Virus record (IMG/VR): IMGVR_UViG_3300050016_000310
Source of the DNA: a virus
Length of the DNA: 64,000 bases
Reading direction: 5' to 3' (one strand)
Of this stretch, positions 20,993-31,537 are shown piece after piece. Below the pieces are notes generated by a model that was not told the origin of the DNA, made no database searches, and was given only the letters and a program-made list of their open reading frames with translations. The position numbers and the translations under genes were made by a program. Position 1 is the stretch's first letter. The number at the start of each line of letters is the position of its first letter.

Positions 20993-21421
20993 ATGGCCAA
21001 GTCTTCACCGCTCACGCCAGAACTGTATGCCGAGATCCTGAAGGTCGCTCAAACATCACCTGCGCATAAGCTTATCCATGGCAAAGCCTATCTGTACTTC
21101 GCCCTCACTCCCACTCAGGAGAACATTACAGTCCACGAAGTGGCGAAGAAGACCCCCTACGTCCATTGCCTGGCGGTCAAGAACTTCAAGAAGGTTACGA
21201 TCGGGTATCTGGTTTTACTTTCCAAAAAACCCAAGCACTTGGCGCTCCACGAATACGGCGCAGCTATCTACCATTCGAAGATCCCTCCGGGCAAAGAGCC
21301 CGATATGAGTTACGCTAAACTAGAGCTGGTCTATTCGGATGCTAAATTCAGAATTCTCGCCTTTGATAAAACCGATAGCTTTATCAGCGTGAAGTGGAAA
21401 TCTTCAAACCCAGAGGCGTGA
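20993..21421 (+). CDS. Hypothetical protein
   Basis: 142 aa in the replication operon. Confidence 0.65.
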   Translation: MAKSSPLTPELYAEILKVAQTSPAHKLIHGKAYLYFALTPTQENITVHEVAKKTPYVHCLAVKNFKKVTIGYLVLLSKKPKHLALHEYGAAIYHSKIPPGKEPDMSYAKLELVYSDAKFRILAFDKTDSFISVKWKSSNPEA

Positions 21422-21566
21422 GTAAAAATAACTGGCGAGCGCGGGTTACTGTGCAAGGCAACGACATACACCTTGGGACATTTAGCACCCGGGAGAAAGC
21501 CGAAGAAGTAGCGACTAGTGCTCGGAAGCGTCACTTCAAAAATTTTAATGAAAGTAGAAAAAATAA

Positions 21567-22613
21567 ATGACAATAAAATTCCTTCATTCAAGTGATTTTC
21601 ATGCTGGTGCCGGTCGCAGGCTCACAGCCAAGGAAGAAAACCCATTGGCCTATTTGGAGCGTCAGGTTTGGCATTGGAACCGCGTGGTAGAGACGGCTCG
21701 CCATGAGAAAGTGGACTTCGCTATAATAGCTGGTGACCTGTTTGAGAACGCCGCCACGACGATCGAGGAGCTGCTGGCGCTCTACCGGGTGCTCCAGGAC
21801 TTCGGCAAGGTCTGCCCCGTCCTGGTGACCCCCGGGAATCACGATGAAACCACCGTGGGAGAATTCCAACAGAGCTACCTGAAACTGCTCGGAATCCCAA
21901 ACGTGACCGTCACGCTCCAGGCTCCCCAGTCGCTCAAATTCGGCGAGATCTCGGTTCTAGCGTGTCCATGGACAGGACTGAAGAAGCAGGACGAGTTCGA
22001 GGCTTACCTGGCCCAGCACCACAAGGGCGAACAAATCGTCGTACTTCATGAATGTTTTAAGGGAATCGTCACAGACGTCGGTTGGAAGGCCACCTCCGGG
22101 GTCCACATCCCGGATATCGAAGGCGTGAAGTACTTCGCCTGCGGCGACATCCACCGGCACCAGAAACTGAACCTGCCCCACGCCTGGTACTCCGGGGCGC
22201 CCGGTCCCTGGACCTTTGGCGATCTCCCCAACAAGGGCTGTATCGTCGTGGAAGTGCGGGATCTGAAGTTTGACTGGCAGCCTCGCTTTGTCCCGATCGC
22301 CTCGGCAATCGAACTCCACACGGTCCGAAGCCTGGAGGACATCCCTAAGGACAGCCCCCACTGGTATAAGCTCCGCGTGGAAGCGAGCAAGGTCCCGCCC
22401 TACATCCCGCCTTGCGTGAAGGACATCGATATCTTGCCTGCGAAGATCGATAACTCGGCTCTGCCGACCGAGCTGGCACCGACGGGAGAAACCCAACTGG
22501 CCCAGCTCGATTATTCCGAAGGTGTCGAGGAACTCCTGACCGCTGCCGGATACGAGGCCAAAGAGATCGGCGAAACGATCGCGGAGATCCAGCAGGTGGC
22601 GGCCAGTGGCTGA
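21567..22613 (+). CDS. sbcD: SbcD/Mre11-like metallophosphoesterase nuclease
   Basis: HSSDFH, AGDLFE, PGNHD, LHE, GDIHRHQ. Confidence 0.85.
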   Translation: MTIKFLHSSDFHAGAGRRLTAKEENPLAYLERQVWHWNRVVETARHEKVDFAIIAGDLFENAATTIEELLALYRVLQDFGKVCPVLVTPGNHDETTVGEFQQSYLKLLGIPNVTVTLQAPQSLKFGEISVLACPWTGLKKQDEFEAYLAQHHKGEQIVVLHECFKGIVTDVGWKATSGVHIPDIEGVKYFACGDIHRHQKLNLPHAWYSGAPGPWTFGDLPNKGCIVVEVRDLKFDWQPRFVPIASAIELHTVRSLEDIPKDSPHWYKLRVEASKVPPYIPPCVKDIDILPAKIDNSALPTELAPTGETQLAQLDYSEGVEELLTAAGYEAKEIGETIAEIQQVAASG

Positions 22614-22971
22614 GTCTCAAGTCTACGAAGGGGCGGCGATCTCAGTGAACGGCGTGAAGGTCGGAACCGTCATGGGGTTCGCCCTAAGGGATCCAGAGCT
22701 TGAGGCGCGGATCTGTGCGATCGATCCCACAGACGTCGCGGAAATCATCCCCGGGCAGAGCGGGCCCTACGAGATCTCTATCTCTCGCACCGAGGTCTGG
22801 AGCCCTGCTTTGGAAAAAGCTTTAGGCTTCACCCGCTTCCCAAAACGAGATTCCAACAAGATCTACCGGGCCTGGATGAAGGCGCACTGTCCTGACAAAC
22901 GCCAACGCCGCAAGCTCCGGCGCCTGGGCTTAACCTTCCGGGTCCGGGTCCGAGGGTTTCTTGGAGAATAA
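22606..22971 (+). CDS. Hypothetical protein; N-terminal part resembles tail-tube proteins
   Basis: AISVNGVKVG...EIIPG...ISISRTEVW. Confidence 0.4.
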   Translation: MAESQVYEGAAISVNGVKVGTVMGFALRDPELEARICAIDPTDVAEIIPGQSGPYEISISRTEVWSPALEKALGFTRFPKRDSNKIYRAWMKAHCPDKRQRRKLRRLGLTFRVRVRGFLGE

Positions 22972-23065
22972 CCAAGTGAGCTTCTTGGTCAGCCAGTCGA
23001 TCGGGATTGACACGGAGATCCCCCGATTCAACCAGTACGTGATCAGATCTTGAAGGTCTCCCACG

Positions 23066-23308
23066 TTACCACCATTCGTCCGGACATTTCGCGGCTTCGA
23101 GCCGCGTCTTGACCCCCACGATACAATAACACTCCGTGCAGAGGTCCTGCTTCTTCAGATACTTCGGGCAGACGTGACAAAGCTGCTGGCGCTCGCGGGC
23201 CCATTTGGGAGAAGCCCAAAACCGCCCATGCCAGAGAAGCTCCGCCAGAACCTGGCCAAAAGTCTTCAGGGCGTGCCAAACCACCCTGATCGGTTTGTTT
23301 CTGCCCAC
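23066..23308 (-). CDS. Small Cys-rich protein (DUF6171-like)
   Basis: RQQLCHVC...CTECYCIVGVKTRL...CPDEWW. Confidence 0.65.
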   Translation of the reverse strand: MGRNKPIRVVWHALKTFGQVLAELLWHGRFWASPKWARERQQLCHVCPKYLKKQDLCTECYCIVGVKTRLEAAKCPDEWW

Positions 23309-23314
23309 AGGACT

Positions 23315-24109
23315 TTATTCTTTGATTTCCCGCATCAGCGCTTCCAGCTGGGATGTCGTCAGACCGAGCGGGGTCTTGCCCATCTTCGCGATCCAATTCT
23401 TGTCCACGATCGCGTAGGCTTCCTCGCAGTAATTAGCGAAGAAGGCCCAGGTCATCTTGAACAACTGACCCCAGGAGATGAACGTGAAGCCTCCCGCGTC
23501 GTATCCGACGAGAATAATCGCATGGCCCCCCTCAATCTGAGCGTTCGGGACGTAGTCCCAAACCGACAGGGGGGTTCCATTGGCGTCGTAGATGCTGGTC
23601 GGCACCGCGATGCCAAGATAGGCCAGGCCGAACTCGTTGATCGCGATCTTCATCTCTGGAAGATTTCCGTGATTCACTTCGACGTAGCCCAGGATCTTGT
23701 CCACCGTCCCGTCGGCAAGCGGGATGCCGGTGTTGTACAGGTAGCTGAGCACGTGCTGCTCGACCCCGCCGCCATCCGTGTTGGGATCGGCGGGATTATA
23801 CCCACAAGCCCGCTCGTACAGTTTCAGGACCATCGCATCTGGCTCGGTGCTTTCAACTCCGGTGTTGGCCGTCCAGATCTGGCGGGCATGGAACACGGCC
23901 GCGCACGTGCAGTCGCCGAGACGGTCGTTCAGCATCATCCCAAAGTTTTTGATCCCCTTGGTCCAATTGACTTCGGCCGGGACCGAAGGCAGCGGCATGC
24001 TGGCCAACACCGCTCCCATGCGCTTGACACGGGGGTCAAACGCTCTCGGCTTGCGCCCGAGCTGAAACTTTTTCGTCATCGTTGTTTTGGGCTGGGTAGA
24101 ATTTTCCAT
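23315..24109 (-). CDS. Papain-like cysteine peptidase
   Basis: NDRLGDCTCAA catalytic Cys; GGHAIILVGYD His; ISWG. Confidence 0.8.
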   Translation of the reverse strand: MENSTQPKTTMTKKFQLGRKPRAFDPRVKRMGAVLASMPLPSVPAEVNWTKGIKNFGMMLNDRLGDCTCAAVFHARQIWTANTGVESTEPDAMVLKLYERACGYNPADPNTDGGGVEQHVLSYLYNTGIPLADGTVDKILGYVEVNHGNLPEMKIAINEFGLAYLGIAVPTSIYDANGTPLSVWDYVPNAQIEGGHAIILVGYDAGGFTFISWGQLFKMTWAFFANYCEEAYAIVDKNWIAKMGKTPLGLTTSQLEALMREIKE

Positions 24110-24179
24110 ATCTAAAACTAAGCCCGGGTTGGCGCGAAGCCGAACTCGGGCTTAAGTCATGGAAATCAAAGCGGACCGC

Positions 24180-24413
24180 TTATCCCTGCGGGCCGCTGTG
24201 GGGAGGGCAAAAACAGTGAAAATGAGGATGGCAATGGCCATAAACTGGATCCGGATCCGTGCAGGTGGGAAGCGGTGTCGGGCTCGCTTCCGGAAGAGGC
24301 GAAACCTCAATGACCGGGACGGGACTCGGCTCCGTTATGACTACGAAGACTTCCTGTGGACCACAGGCAACAAGGTAGAGGCTGAGAATGAAGGCGAGCA
24401 AAAACTTTTTCAT
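24180..24413 (-). CDS. Small Pro-rich lipoprotein
   Basis: Signal peptide with lipobox LVAC. Confidence 0.6.
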   Translation of the reverse strand: MKKFLLAFILSLYLVACGPQEVFVVITEPSPVPVIEVSPLPEASPTPLPTCTDPDPVYGHCHPHFHCFCPPHSGPQG

Positions 24414-27269
24414 TTAGATTTTCCTTTGCTTCGTAATTTCGTTCCAGAGCTTGAGGGCTGCCCCCAGCACCGTATCCTCTGATAATAGATCCATACAGGC
24501 ATGTTGGGGCTCCTCGTACGTCTGGCCCCCCGGATTAGGGCATACGCCCAGCGGAACCTGCGAGATCTTCGGATTCTCTCTGAAACATGGACTGCAAGGC
24601 AGCTTCGAGGACAAGTTCCGGTTGGTCTGGTAGCCTGCGGCGGAGGATTGGGTAGAGCCCCACAGGATCACCGCACGAGTCCGGCGCGCCGAGCTGCCGC
24701 CGCAATCCTTCGCCCGGTCGATCCAGCTGATGTTGGTCGCGTGGTTCGTCCAAGAATCAACGCCCATGTGCATGGTCGCATTCGCCAAGTAGGCCAGGTT
24801 GTCATCAAACGAGGCCCCCATAGCGTAGCCAAACAGCCCCGGGATCTTCGGATCATCCGGACCCCCGAGTTGGACGACCTGAATGTCCAACTGCTTCTGG
24901 AGCGAGTTACAAACGGAAGCCCATCGATCCATCGGCCAGTTTTTGTACATGGACCAACCAGCTTTCGGGTGGACCGTGATGTAGCAATTTCTCACCAGCG
25001 CCAGGTTGGTGGTCAAAGGCCCTTCAGGCAGCGGCGGAAGCGATAAGAAGAGCTGGTTGAAGCTTGGGGTCACGCCCATCTCGGCCGCGAAGTATTCAAT
25101 CAAATGCCGCTTCATCGGGTGATGCGGATAGTTCTCCGCTTGAACGGGGTAGCCGATCAGGTTGACGGTCCTGTGGGGGCCCGGCTCCGTCTCTGTGCTG
25201 TTCAGGTTCGCGCTCGGCTCCACTTCGTCCACGCCCGCCGCCCGGATGAGATTCGTCATCTGGGACAAGATAGAGGGGTGGCAATGGTAGATGATCTTGG
25301 CACTCGGATGTAGGGCTTTGAGTGCCGGTATACAGTTAAGCGTCACGATGATGTCGCCCATCGCGCCCGGCCGGTTCAGCCGAATCGTCCGGAGATCCGA
25401 AGGGGGGAGAGGCTTCGGCGTGATGTCGGCCACCAGAGGTACGAGATTGGGAGCGTAAACCATCGAGCCTAGCGGTCCTTCCTCCGGCTTCGGCGTCTTC
25501 GCGCGAAGCTCCTTATTGAGTCGTTCAGTCCGCTTCTCCCAATCTGCATCAGGGCCGCCGATCTGAGCCCGCGCCTGCCTCGCATACTTGAGTGCCATCT
25601 CAATCTCACCCAGCTTCTCATACGCCCATGAGACGTTCCGATACGGCTGATCCGTGTAGGCGTTGCGCTCGCGGAACAACGCGGTAGGAGCGACCGGTCG
25701 ATCCTTCGCCTGAAGTGCGAAGCTCAGGGCCTTCTCCGTGTGGCCCTGGGAATCCTCCAGGACACATAGCTCCATCCAGAATTCCGCCCACTCCGGCCAC
25801 TCGGCCGCATACTTGAGCAAATGCGTGCGCGCCTCTTCGATCTTGCCCCCGCGCCGCAGGCACCGGCCCATGTAAAGTGCGGCGAACCGGTACTCATCCA
25901 GGTAGCCTGGGCCATAGGCCAGCCGGGCTCGGTACGTCTCGACCGCCTTGTCCCACTGGCTGGAATCCTTGTACGTGTTGGCCAGGTAGAAGGCGCAGCG
26001 GGCTGTCGGCTCTTCTTTGAATTCTCTCGCCAAAATCCGGAGGTTGCGGGGATTCGAGTTCTCCCCAGTCCCCGGAGCCGCGTCGTGGAAGATCTCGATG
26101 TCCGTGTGGTAATAATCTCGGTTGGTCCCGAAGTGCGGGTATTCGTGGCAGCGGCCCGAGAACTTGATCCCGAGCCCGGTCTTCCACAGCCGATGGTGTG
26201 GCCACCGGAGGTCTCCAGAATTCATCTGGACAGCCTGCACGGGGAACTGATCGAGGAAGCGGAGATTCTTCAGCCGCTTCTGCTTGAGTTCGTCGTCCGC
26301 ATCCATCCACAAGACGTAATCGAAGCCCATCGCTTCGATCTGATCGACAAACTGGTTGCGGGCCTTGCCGAAGTCCCAGAGCTTCCAGTCGCCCTTCTCG
26401 TCTTTTTCCGAGGCTCCCAGGTACTGCTCGATATGGTAGCGATTGATCTGCGCCTTCGGATCCGTCCCATCGATAGACGTGAACCCCTGACTCTTGGCCC
26501 ACGTGCGGGCGATCTCCATCGTCTTGTCCGTTGAGCCCGTGTCGATCAGGACCAGCCCATCGGCCACGCCATCTAGGGACTTCAGGCACCGAGGAAGATC
26601 TCGTTCTTCATTCTTCGCGATCATCCCGATGCAGACGGTTGGCCGCTTCGTGAGCGGGCGCAAGATGTAGTCGCGCTGGCCGGGCTCGATCGTATAGGTC
26701 TCGGCGATCGTGAACAGCGGATACTGCGAGAGCAGCTCCAGGAAGGCTTCCAGGTTCCAAAAACAAGCAGCCGTCTGATAACGCTCAGGCGTGAGGTCCC
26801 GTTCGTAGCCCTTCACGTCCCGGTCCGGCATCCGGAGGAACAGGTGACCGTCAAACTTGAGATTTTTGTGTGCCTGTTTGAGAAAGAGGGGTGCCGTTTC
26901 GACGGAAAGTTTTTGAAAGCCGTGAACACAAGTGAAGAGGCTGTAGTGGGGGCCGTCCGTAAAAGAGACTAGCGGCCACGAGGACGAGTTGGTGACGGCT
27001 TGGCCGGTGCGTTTGCTGATGGCATCCGCCAAACTGGTGTTGGTCACCATGAGGTCCGCCACGAGCCCCGGTATCTTCTTCATCCAGTTGACCCAGAGCG
27101 CTTCGGCCAATTGTTCGTTTACTTTTACTTCAGCTTCCGGGATCTGAGATTTTTCCAGGTATTTAACTAATTCAGTCTGACACTGAAATCCAGGTTGATA
27201 CCAAAGACCTGAGGTCTGACCGACGACGTAGGGGGTATTGGGGACGGGCCTCGATTCGGGAGATTCCAT
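24414..27269 (-). CDS. Multidomain glycosyltransferase (GT2 + TPR + GT9-like), 951 aa
   Basis: IAKNEERDLPRCL, LIDTGSTD, WMDADD; TPR-like helices; RPGAMGDII, HPKAG...KNWP, GVDS. Confidence 0.85.
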   Translation of the reverse strand: MESPESRPVPNTPYVVGQTSGLWYQPGFQCQTELVKYLEKSQIPEAEVKVNEQLAEALWVNWMKKIPGLVADLMVTNTSLADAISKRTGQAVTNSSSWPLVSFTDGPHYSLFTCVHGFQKLSVETAPLFLKQAHKNLKFDGHLFLRMPDRDVKGYERDLTPERYQTAACFWNLEAFLELLSQYPLFTIAETYTIEPGQRDYILRPLTKRPTVCIGMIAKNEERDLPRCLKSLDGVADGLVLIDTGSTDKTMEIARTWAKSQGFTSIDGTDPKAQINRYHIEQYLGASEKDEKGDWKLWDFGKARNQFVDQIEAMGFDYVLWMDADDELKQKRLKNLRFLDQFPVQAVQMNSGDLRWPHHRLWKTGLGIKFSGRCHEYPHFGTNRDYYHTDIEIFHDAAPGTGENSNPRNLRILAREFKEEPTARCAFYLANTYKDSSQWDKAVETYRARLAYGPGYLDEYRFAALYMGRCLRRGGKIEEARTHLLKYAAEWPEWAEFWMELCVLEDSQGHTEKALSFALQAKDRPVAPTALFRERNAYTDQPYRNVSWAYEKLGEIEMALKYARQARAQIGGPDADWEKRTERLNKELRAKTPKPEEGPLGSMVYAPNLVPLVADITPKPLPPSDLRTIRLNRPGAMGDIIVTLNCIPALKALHPSAKIIYHCHPSILSQMTNLIRAAGVDEVEPSANLNSTETEPGPHRTVNLIGYPVQAENYPHHPMKRHLIEYFAAEMGVTPSFNQLFLSLPPLPEGPLTTNLALVRNCYITVHPKAGWSMYKNWPMDRWASVCNSLQKQLDIQVVQLGGPDDPKIPGLFGYAMGASFDDNLAYLANATMHMGVDSWTNHATNISWIDRAKDCGGSSARRTRAVILWGSTQSSAAGYQTNRNLSSKLPCSPCFRENPKISQVPLGVCPNPGGQTYEEPQHACMDLLSEDTVLGAALKLWNEITKQRKI

Positions 27270-27299
27270 GCCGAACTTTTACCAATTCGGCAGGTCTTC

Positions 27300-27620
27300 C
27301 TACTTGGTCTTTTTCATGGGTGCTCTCCACTCCAGCGCGTAGACCCTTGGGTAGTTCATGTCCATCGCCAGGTAGACGCCCGGCCCATAATCCGGGCTCA
27401 TGTTGTCAGAATGTCTAGGCGGATTCTTAAGCCAATAGTCCTTCAACTGTCCCAGAGTAACGCGGAAGGAAGCCGCTTTCAGATACCGGAGTGCCTCCTC
27501 CCGGGATTCCGCAATCACGACCGCCGCGCGCTGCTTATTATCCTTATCCAGCGCTCCGTAAAACCAGCTGACCTGTCTGCCCATAGAACCCCCCAACTTA
27601 CTGGTTACTGGACACGACAC
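27300..27620 (-). CDS. Hypothetical protein
   Basis: 106-aa ORF. Confidence 0.55.
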   Translation of the reverse strand: MSCPVTSKLGGSMGRQVSWFYGALDKDNKQRAAVVIAESREEALRYLKAASFRVTLGQLKDYWLKNPPRHSDNMSPDYGPGVYLAMDMNYPRVYALEWRAPMKKTK

Positions 27621-27668
27621 ATCTAGTCAATTCCTAACTCGCTCCCGGGGATGGATTATTTATAGGTA

Positions 27669-28241
27669 ATGAACGTCCGTTATGTACAGCTAGAGGCGGC
27701 GTACTGCTCCTACGTCGCAAACAACTTCAAGCGCCTGGGACTTTTCTCGGAAGCGACCCCAGTCTATGTGATCGATCCCAACGCCATCAACGCGGACAGC
27801 AGCGGTCCTTCCAGCACCGTCACGCCCTCCTTCCTCAACTCCCAAATCCAAACCTTTTCCAGCGATTACGTGATTGCGTCAAACGACATGCGCTACTCCG
27901 AATGGTTGAGTAACGCCTGGCTGACCGATGTCGATGGGCCCACGGGATCCGGCACCCTCCAGACTTTTTTGGAAAACCTCAAAGTTTTCCTCTCCCGCAG
28001 TTTCAACAACACGACGGTCAATCCCAACGGTTGGGATCTCAATTTGGTTTACGCCCAGCTCCCCAACGGTGATGGCGACTATTTGATGCCAGTCTTTTGT
28101 TATTTCGGCAACAGCGGCGGAGCCATGAACTTGAACTTGAATGAAGGCAACTTCACCGATTCCTTTTCCGGCATCGCTTTGGACGAAGGCAACTTCACCG
28201 ATGCCTTCAACGGCGTCAGCGCAGATGAAGGTTCCGTTTAA
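27669..28241 (+). CDS. Hypothetical virion protein with C-terminal (L/D)xEGNFTD repeats
   Basis: LNEGNFTDSF, LDEGNFTDAF, DEGS; upstream of a fibre gene. Confidence 0.65.
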   Translation: MNVRYVQLEAAYCSYVANNFKRLGLFSEATPVYVIDPNAINADSSGPSSTVTPSFLNSQIQTFSSDYVIASNDMRYSEWLSNAWLTDVDGPTGSGTLQTFLENLKVFLSRSFNNTTVNPNGWDLNLVYAQLPNGDGDYLMPVFCYFGNSGGAMNLNLNEGNFTDSFSGIALDEGNFTDAFNGVSADEGSV

Positions 28242-28255
28242 TTTAGGAGACGAAA

Positions 28256-30106
28256 ATGGCCGATCAATTACAACACAAACGCGGTATATTCGCTGATATT
28301 GGTGTCCTCCTGGACGGACAGTTCGGCTTTGCCACCGATACCCTCCAGCTCTATATGGGGTGGAGCGGGACCAATCGCCAGGTCAACGCCTATTACCTTC
28401 CCGGCGAAGCAACCCTTTCCGGAACTTATTACGGGAATGTCTACGTTAACGGCCCTGCCATTTTGGACGGAACGACGGTCATCAACGGGGATTTGATCAT
28501 CACCAACGACATCTCCTGTACCTCCGCCTATGCCGGAATCCAAGTCTACGGTGATTGCATGGTCAACCTCGTCGATCTATCCGCCACCACCGAAAGCTCC
28601 AACAACTTCGTCGTGGAAGGTGACCTGACCCTCTACGCGGGTGCCTTCACGGGCGCGCCCCTCGGCCAGAGCGTCCAAGTGGGCGGAGATCTGAACACTG
28701 GCTCCTCGACGGCAGCAGCGATCAATCTGACCTCTACGCTCTACAGTCCTGGGGGGACTCTTCAGGTGGGGGGTAATCTAATCGCCCCTATGGGCGGAGC
28801 TTTCACTTCCACCGCCGCAGGAAACACCACAGGCGGTTCATTCGCTGTGCTCGGCTCTGTGCTCGGCTTCTTCCCAAGCGGGGCTTTTCAAGTCAACAAC
28901 CATGGAACAAACGACGGAACGGTTGGAACCGGAAACGGTGGGAGCATCTCGATCGGTGGCGATTTCTATGGGGCGGGTTTCAGCTCTCATGGGGGTGACT
29001 GGACGGGCGGCAACAACGCGGAATCCGGGGGCGCCGGAGGTAACGTCACGATCGGAGGCAGCTGCTATGCCACTGACCATCTCTACGCTTACGGCGGCGC
29101 GGCTTATGGAGCTTGCGGCTCGGCCGGAACCGTCATCATCGGCGGCTCTCTGGTATGCCCCGATATTGAAGTTACCGGAGGTTCCTCCTCGAACAACGGC
29201 GCCGGAGGATCCGGCGGATCCATCACGGTCAGGGGCGATCTCATCAATACAGGGGGCCCGCTCGCGACGAATGCTGGAACCAGCGGCACTGGCTCTTCCT
29301 CAGCTGCCGGTGGCGCAATCTCAGTAGGGGGCCATCTCCTGGGAAATCCCACGATCACTACTTCGGGGAATAACAGTACGGCGACGGGCGCTGGAGGCGC
29401 GGCAGGTAATGTCACGGTCGGAGGCAATCTCGTCGCCGCTTCTTTCACAGCCAATGGAGGAGCTGGCGTCTCTGCTGTTGGTGGAGCGGCAGGCAATCTC
29501 TCTGTCGCTGGAAATACTGTCATTACTGGCAATGTCAGCTTGACTGGCGGCGCAACATCCTCCAGCACGGGGGGCGTGGGCGGCAGCATCACTTGTTCTG
29601 GCAGTTTTACCTGTAGCGTGAATGTCACAAGCACAGGGGGCGCTGGATCTACCGGAACGGGAGGAGCGGGAGGAGTCCTCTCCTTTTATGGCTTCTGCAC
29701 GGTCTACGGTACGCTGGCTTCCAACGGGGGCCTTTCCTCCAGTGGGATTGCAGGAGCCGGGGGTTCCATTTTCCTTTACGGAGGCACCACATGTGGGGCT
29801 GTCAGCTCTCAGTTCGGAGCTTCCGGTACGCTGTCCGGATCCTCTTTGATTGTTCTCAACGGGACCTGCGCGATCGAGCAAATCGATCTAACCGTTCAGA
29901 CAGGCAGCTTCATCCAGGCGGGCACTCCAGTTGGAGCTGGAAGCGCGGTCGCGACTCTGAAGGTCGGATCCTTCGGATTCACCAACGTGCTGGTGAACGC
30001 CTCCCAGGGCAGCCCCACCTCCGCCTTGACGGCACCAGCAGCCAATCTCTACTCGTACAGCAATACCACCGCGATATGGTACGTCCACACCGGAACAGCC
30101 GCCTAA
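28256..30106 (+). CDS. Gly-rich tail fibre/adhesin with Mtd/hyaluronidase-type N-terminal anchor
   Basis: QLQHKRG...GQFGFATDTLQLYMG, then GGxGGxITVxG beta-helix-like repeats. Confidence 0.75.
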   Translation: MADQLQHKRGIFADIGVLLDGQFGFATDTLQLYMGWSGTNRQVNAYYLPGEATLSGTYYGNVYVNGPAILDGTTVINGDLIITNDISCTSAYAGIQVYGDCMVNLVDLSATTESSNNFVVEGDLTLYAGAFTGAPLGQSVQVGGDLNTGSSTAAAINLTSTLYSPGGTLQVGGNLIAPMGGAFTSTAAGNTTGGSFAVLGSVLGFFPSGAFQVNNHGTNDGTVGTGNGGSISIGGDFYGAGFSSHGGDWTGGNNAESGGAGGNVTIGGSCYATDHLYAYGGAAYGACGSAGTVIIGGSLVCPDIEVTGGSSSNNGAGGSGGSITVRGDLINTGGPLATNAGTSGTGSSSAAGGAISVGGHLLGNPTITTSGNNSTATGAGGAAGNVTVGGNLVAASFTANGGAGVSAVGGAAGNLSVAGNTVITGNVSLTGGATSSSTGGVGGSITCSGSFTCSVNVTSTGGAGSTGTGGAGGVLSFYGFCTVYGTLASNGGLSSSGIAGAGGSIFLYGGTTCGAVSSQFGASGTLSGSSLIVLNGTCAIEQIDLTVQTGSFIQAGTPVGAGSAVATLKVGSFGFTNVLVNASQGSPTSALTAPAANLYSYSNTTAIWYVHTGTAA

Positions 30107-30148
30107 TCGCCTCTGACAGCTGTTCCTTTAGGCTCTGAGGGTTATTCT

Positions 30149-31537
30149 TTGACTATGTGGTCCCGGGCCCCCTCAGCACCTCGTTACCCCTCCCTGAACC
30201 GGCTATTAGCCCATGCGCCCGCGTCCTGCTTCCGGATCCAATACCCCTGCCTGGCCGAGCTGGTCTTGGCCCGCAACGTCATCAATACCGAGCAGATTGA
30301 TCAGTTTCTCACCGGCATGCACGTCGAGGATATCCAGGAGATTAACGGCTGGCTCGATACGACGCTCCGCAAGTTCCTCATCAACCGCTACGACAAGGTG
30401 ATACCGTACAAACCCCTCCCCTCGGATCCGGCCTTCATGCAGGGCAAGACAGATCTGGAGAAGGTCGTACTGAGCGATGAGCTGACCAACAAGGTCCAGC
30501 ATATCGTCGATTATCTGAAGAACAAGCTGACGGCTGAGCCGACTTTCAAGCTCGGCGCCTTCCAGGCCGAGGAGGCGTTCAAGCAATCGGAGGAATGGTC
30601 CAAGCAGCTTGCGAAAAAGAAAACGACCGAAGAGGAAGAGGGCGTCGATTACAAAATCGTGATGCCGCTCGGGGAAGGTTACAACTGGGTCGATCTCATC
30701 AGCCAGAACTCCTTGCTCAAAGAAGGCAAGTCAATGGGCCACTGCGTAGGGGGCTATTGGGACCGGGTGAAGGCCGGGGTGGACCAGATCTTTTCGCTTC
30801 GCGACGATAAGAACGCGCCGCATGCAACGATCGAGTACAGCCCCCGCTCCCGGACCATCAGACAGATCAAGGGCAAGCAAAACCGGGGCCTGGTGGCCGA
30901 GTACATGCCCTACCTGTTGGAGTTTCTGAAGAATCCACCAGTCCCGGTTCGCAAAGTCGAGGAGTACGAGCTGGCCTTGAACGGCCTCCTCAAGGCCAAA
31001 GACGGGTACTTGTCGCTTCAAAACCTCCCCGAGGGAGCGCATATCGATCAGAATATGGATCTGTCCAAGTTCAAGGACATCACGCTGCCGAAAAATATGA
31101 CAGTCTCGGGCGACCTAAAAGTCACGAGTAGTAACTTCCTGCCGGAAGGACTCACGGTTACCGGCACACTCAACTTGACCAAGTCCGATCTCCGCGAACT
31201 CCCCGCCCGGCTTACGGTCGGGACGCTCAATATTTTCGGACTGGGCCGGATGGAGACGCTCCCGGACGATATCAAGATCTCCAAGGAGCTGAACGCGGAG
31301 TTCTCGGGGCTGGAAAAGTTGCCTGACAACTTCACGCTCAAGGGGGACTGCACGGTCAGCGACACGGCCCTCAAGGTACTCCCCAAGAAGCTCAAAGTGG
31401 GGGGTGAGCTGGATATCATGAATACCCAGATCGAGACCCTCCCGAAAGATCTGAAGGTCGGCAAAGCCATCTTCGTGGACGATCCCGACACGATGGAAGA
31501 TGAAGCGCCTGAGCATCTGAAAGATTTGGTGCACTGA
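30149..31537 (+). CDS. PcfJ-like domain protein with C-terminal LRR-like repeats
   Basis: EGKSMGHCVG...IFSLRD...PHATIE...QIKGKQN; LPEGLTV/LPDNFTL repeats. Confidence 0.8.
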   Translation: MTMWSRAPSAPRYPSLNRLLAHAPASCFRIQYPCLAELVLARNVINTEQIDQFLTGMHVEDIQEINGWLDTTLRKFLINRYDKVIPYKPLPSDPAFMQGKTDLEKVVLSDELTNKVQHIVDYLKNKLTAEPTFKLGAFQAEEAFKQSEEWSKQLAKKKTTEEEEGVDYKIVMPLGEGYNWVDLISQNSLLKEGKSMGHCVGGYWDRVKAGVDQIFSLRDDKNAPHATIEYSPRSRTIRQIKGKQNRGLVAEYMPYLLEFLKNPPVPVRKVEEYELALNGLLKAKDGYLSLQNLPEGAHIDQNMDLSKFKDITLPKNMTVSGDLKVTSSNFLPEGLTVTGTLNLTKSDLRELPARLTVGTLNIFGLGRMETLPDDIKISKELNAEFSGLEKLPDNFTLKGDCTVSDTALKVLPKKLKVGGELDIMNTQIETLPKDLKVGKAIFVDDPDTMEDEAPEHLKDLVH

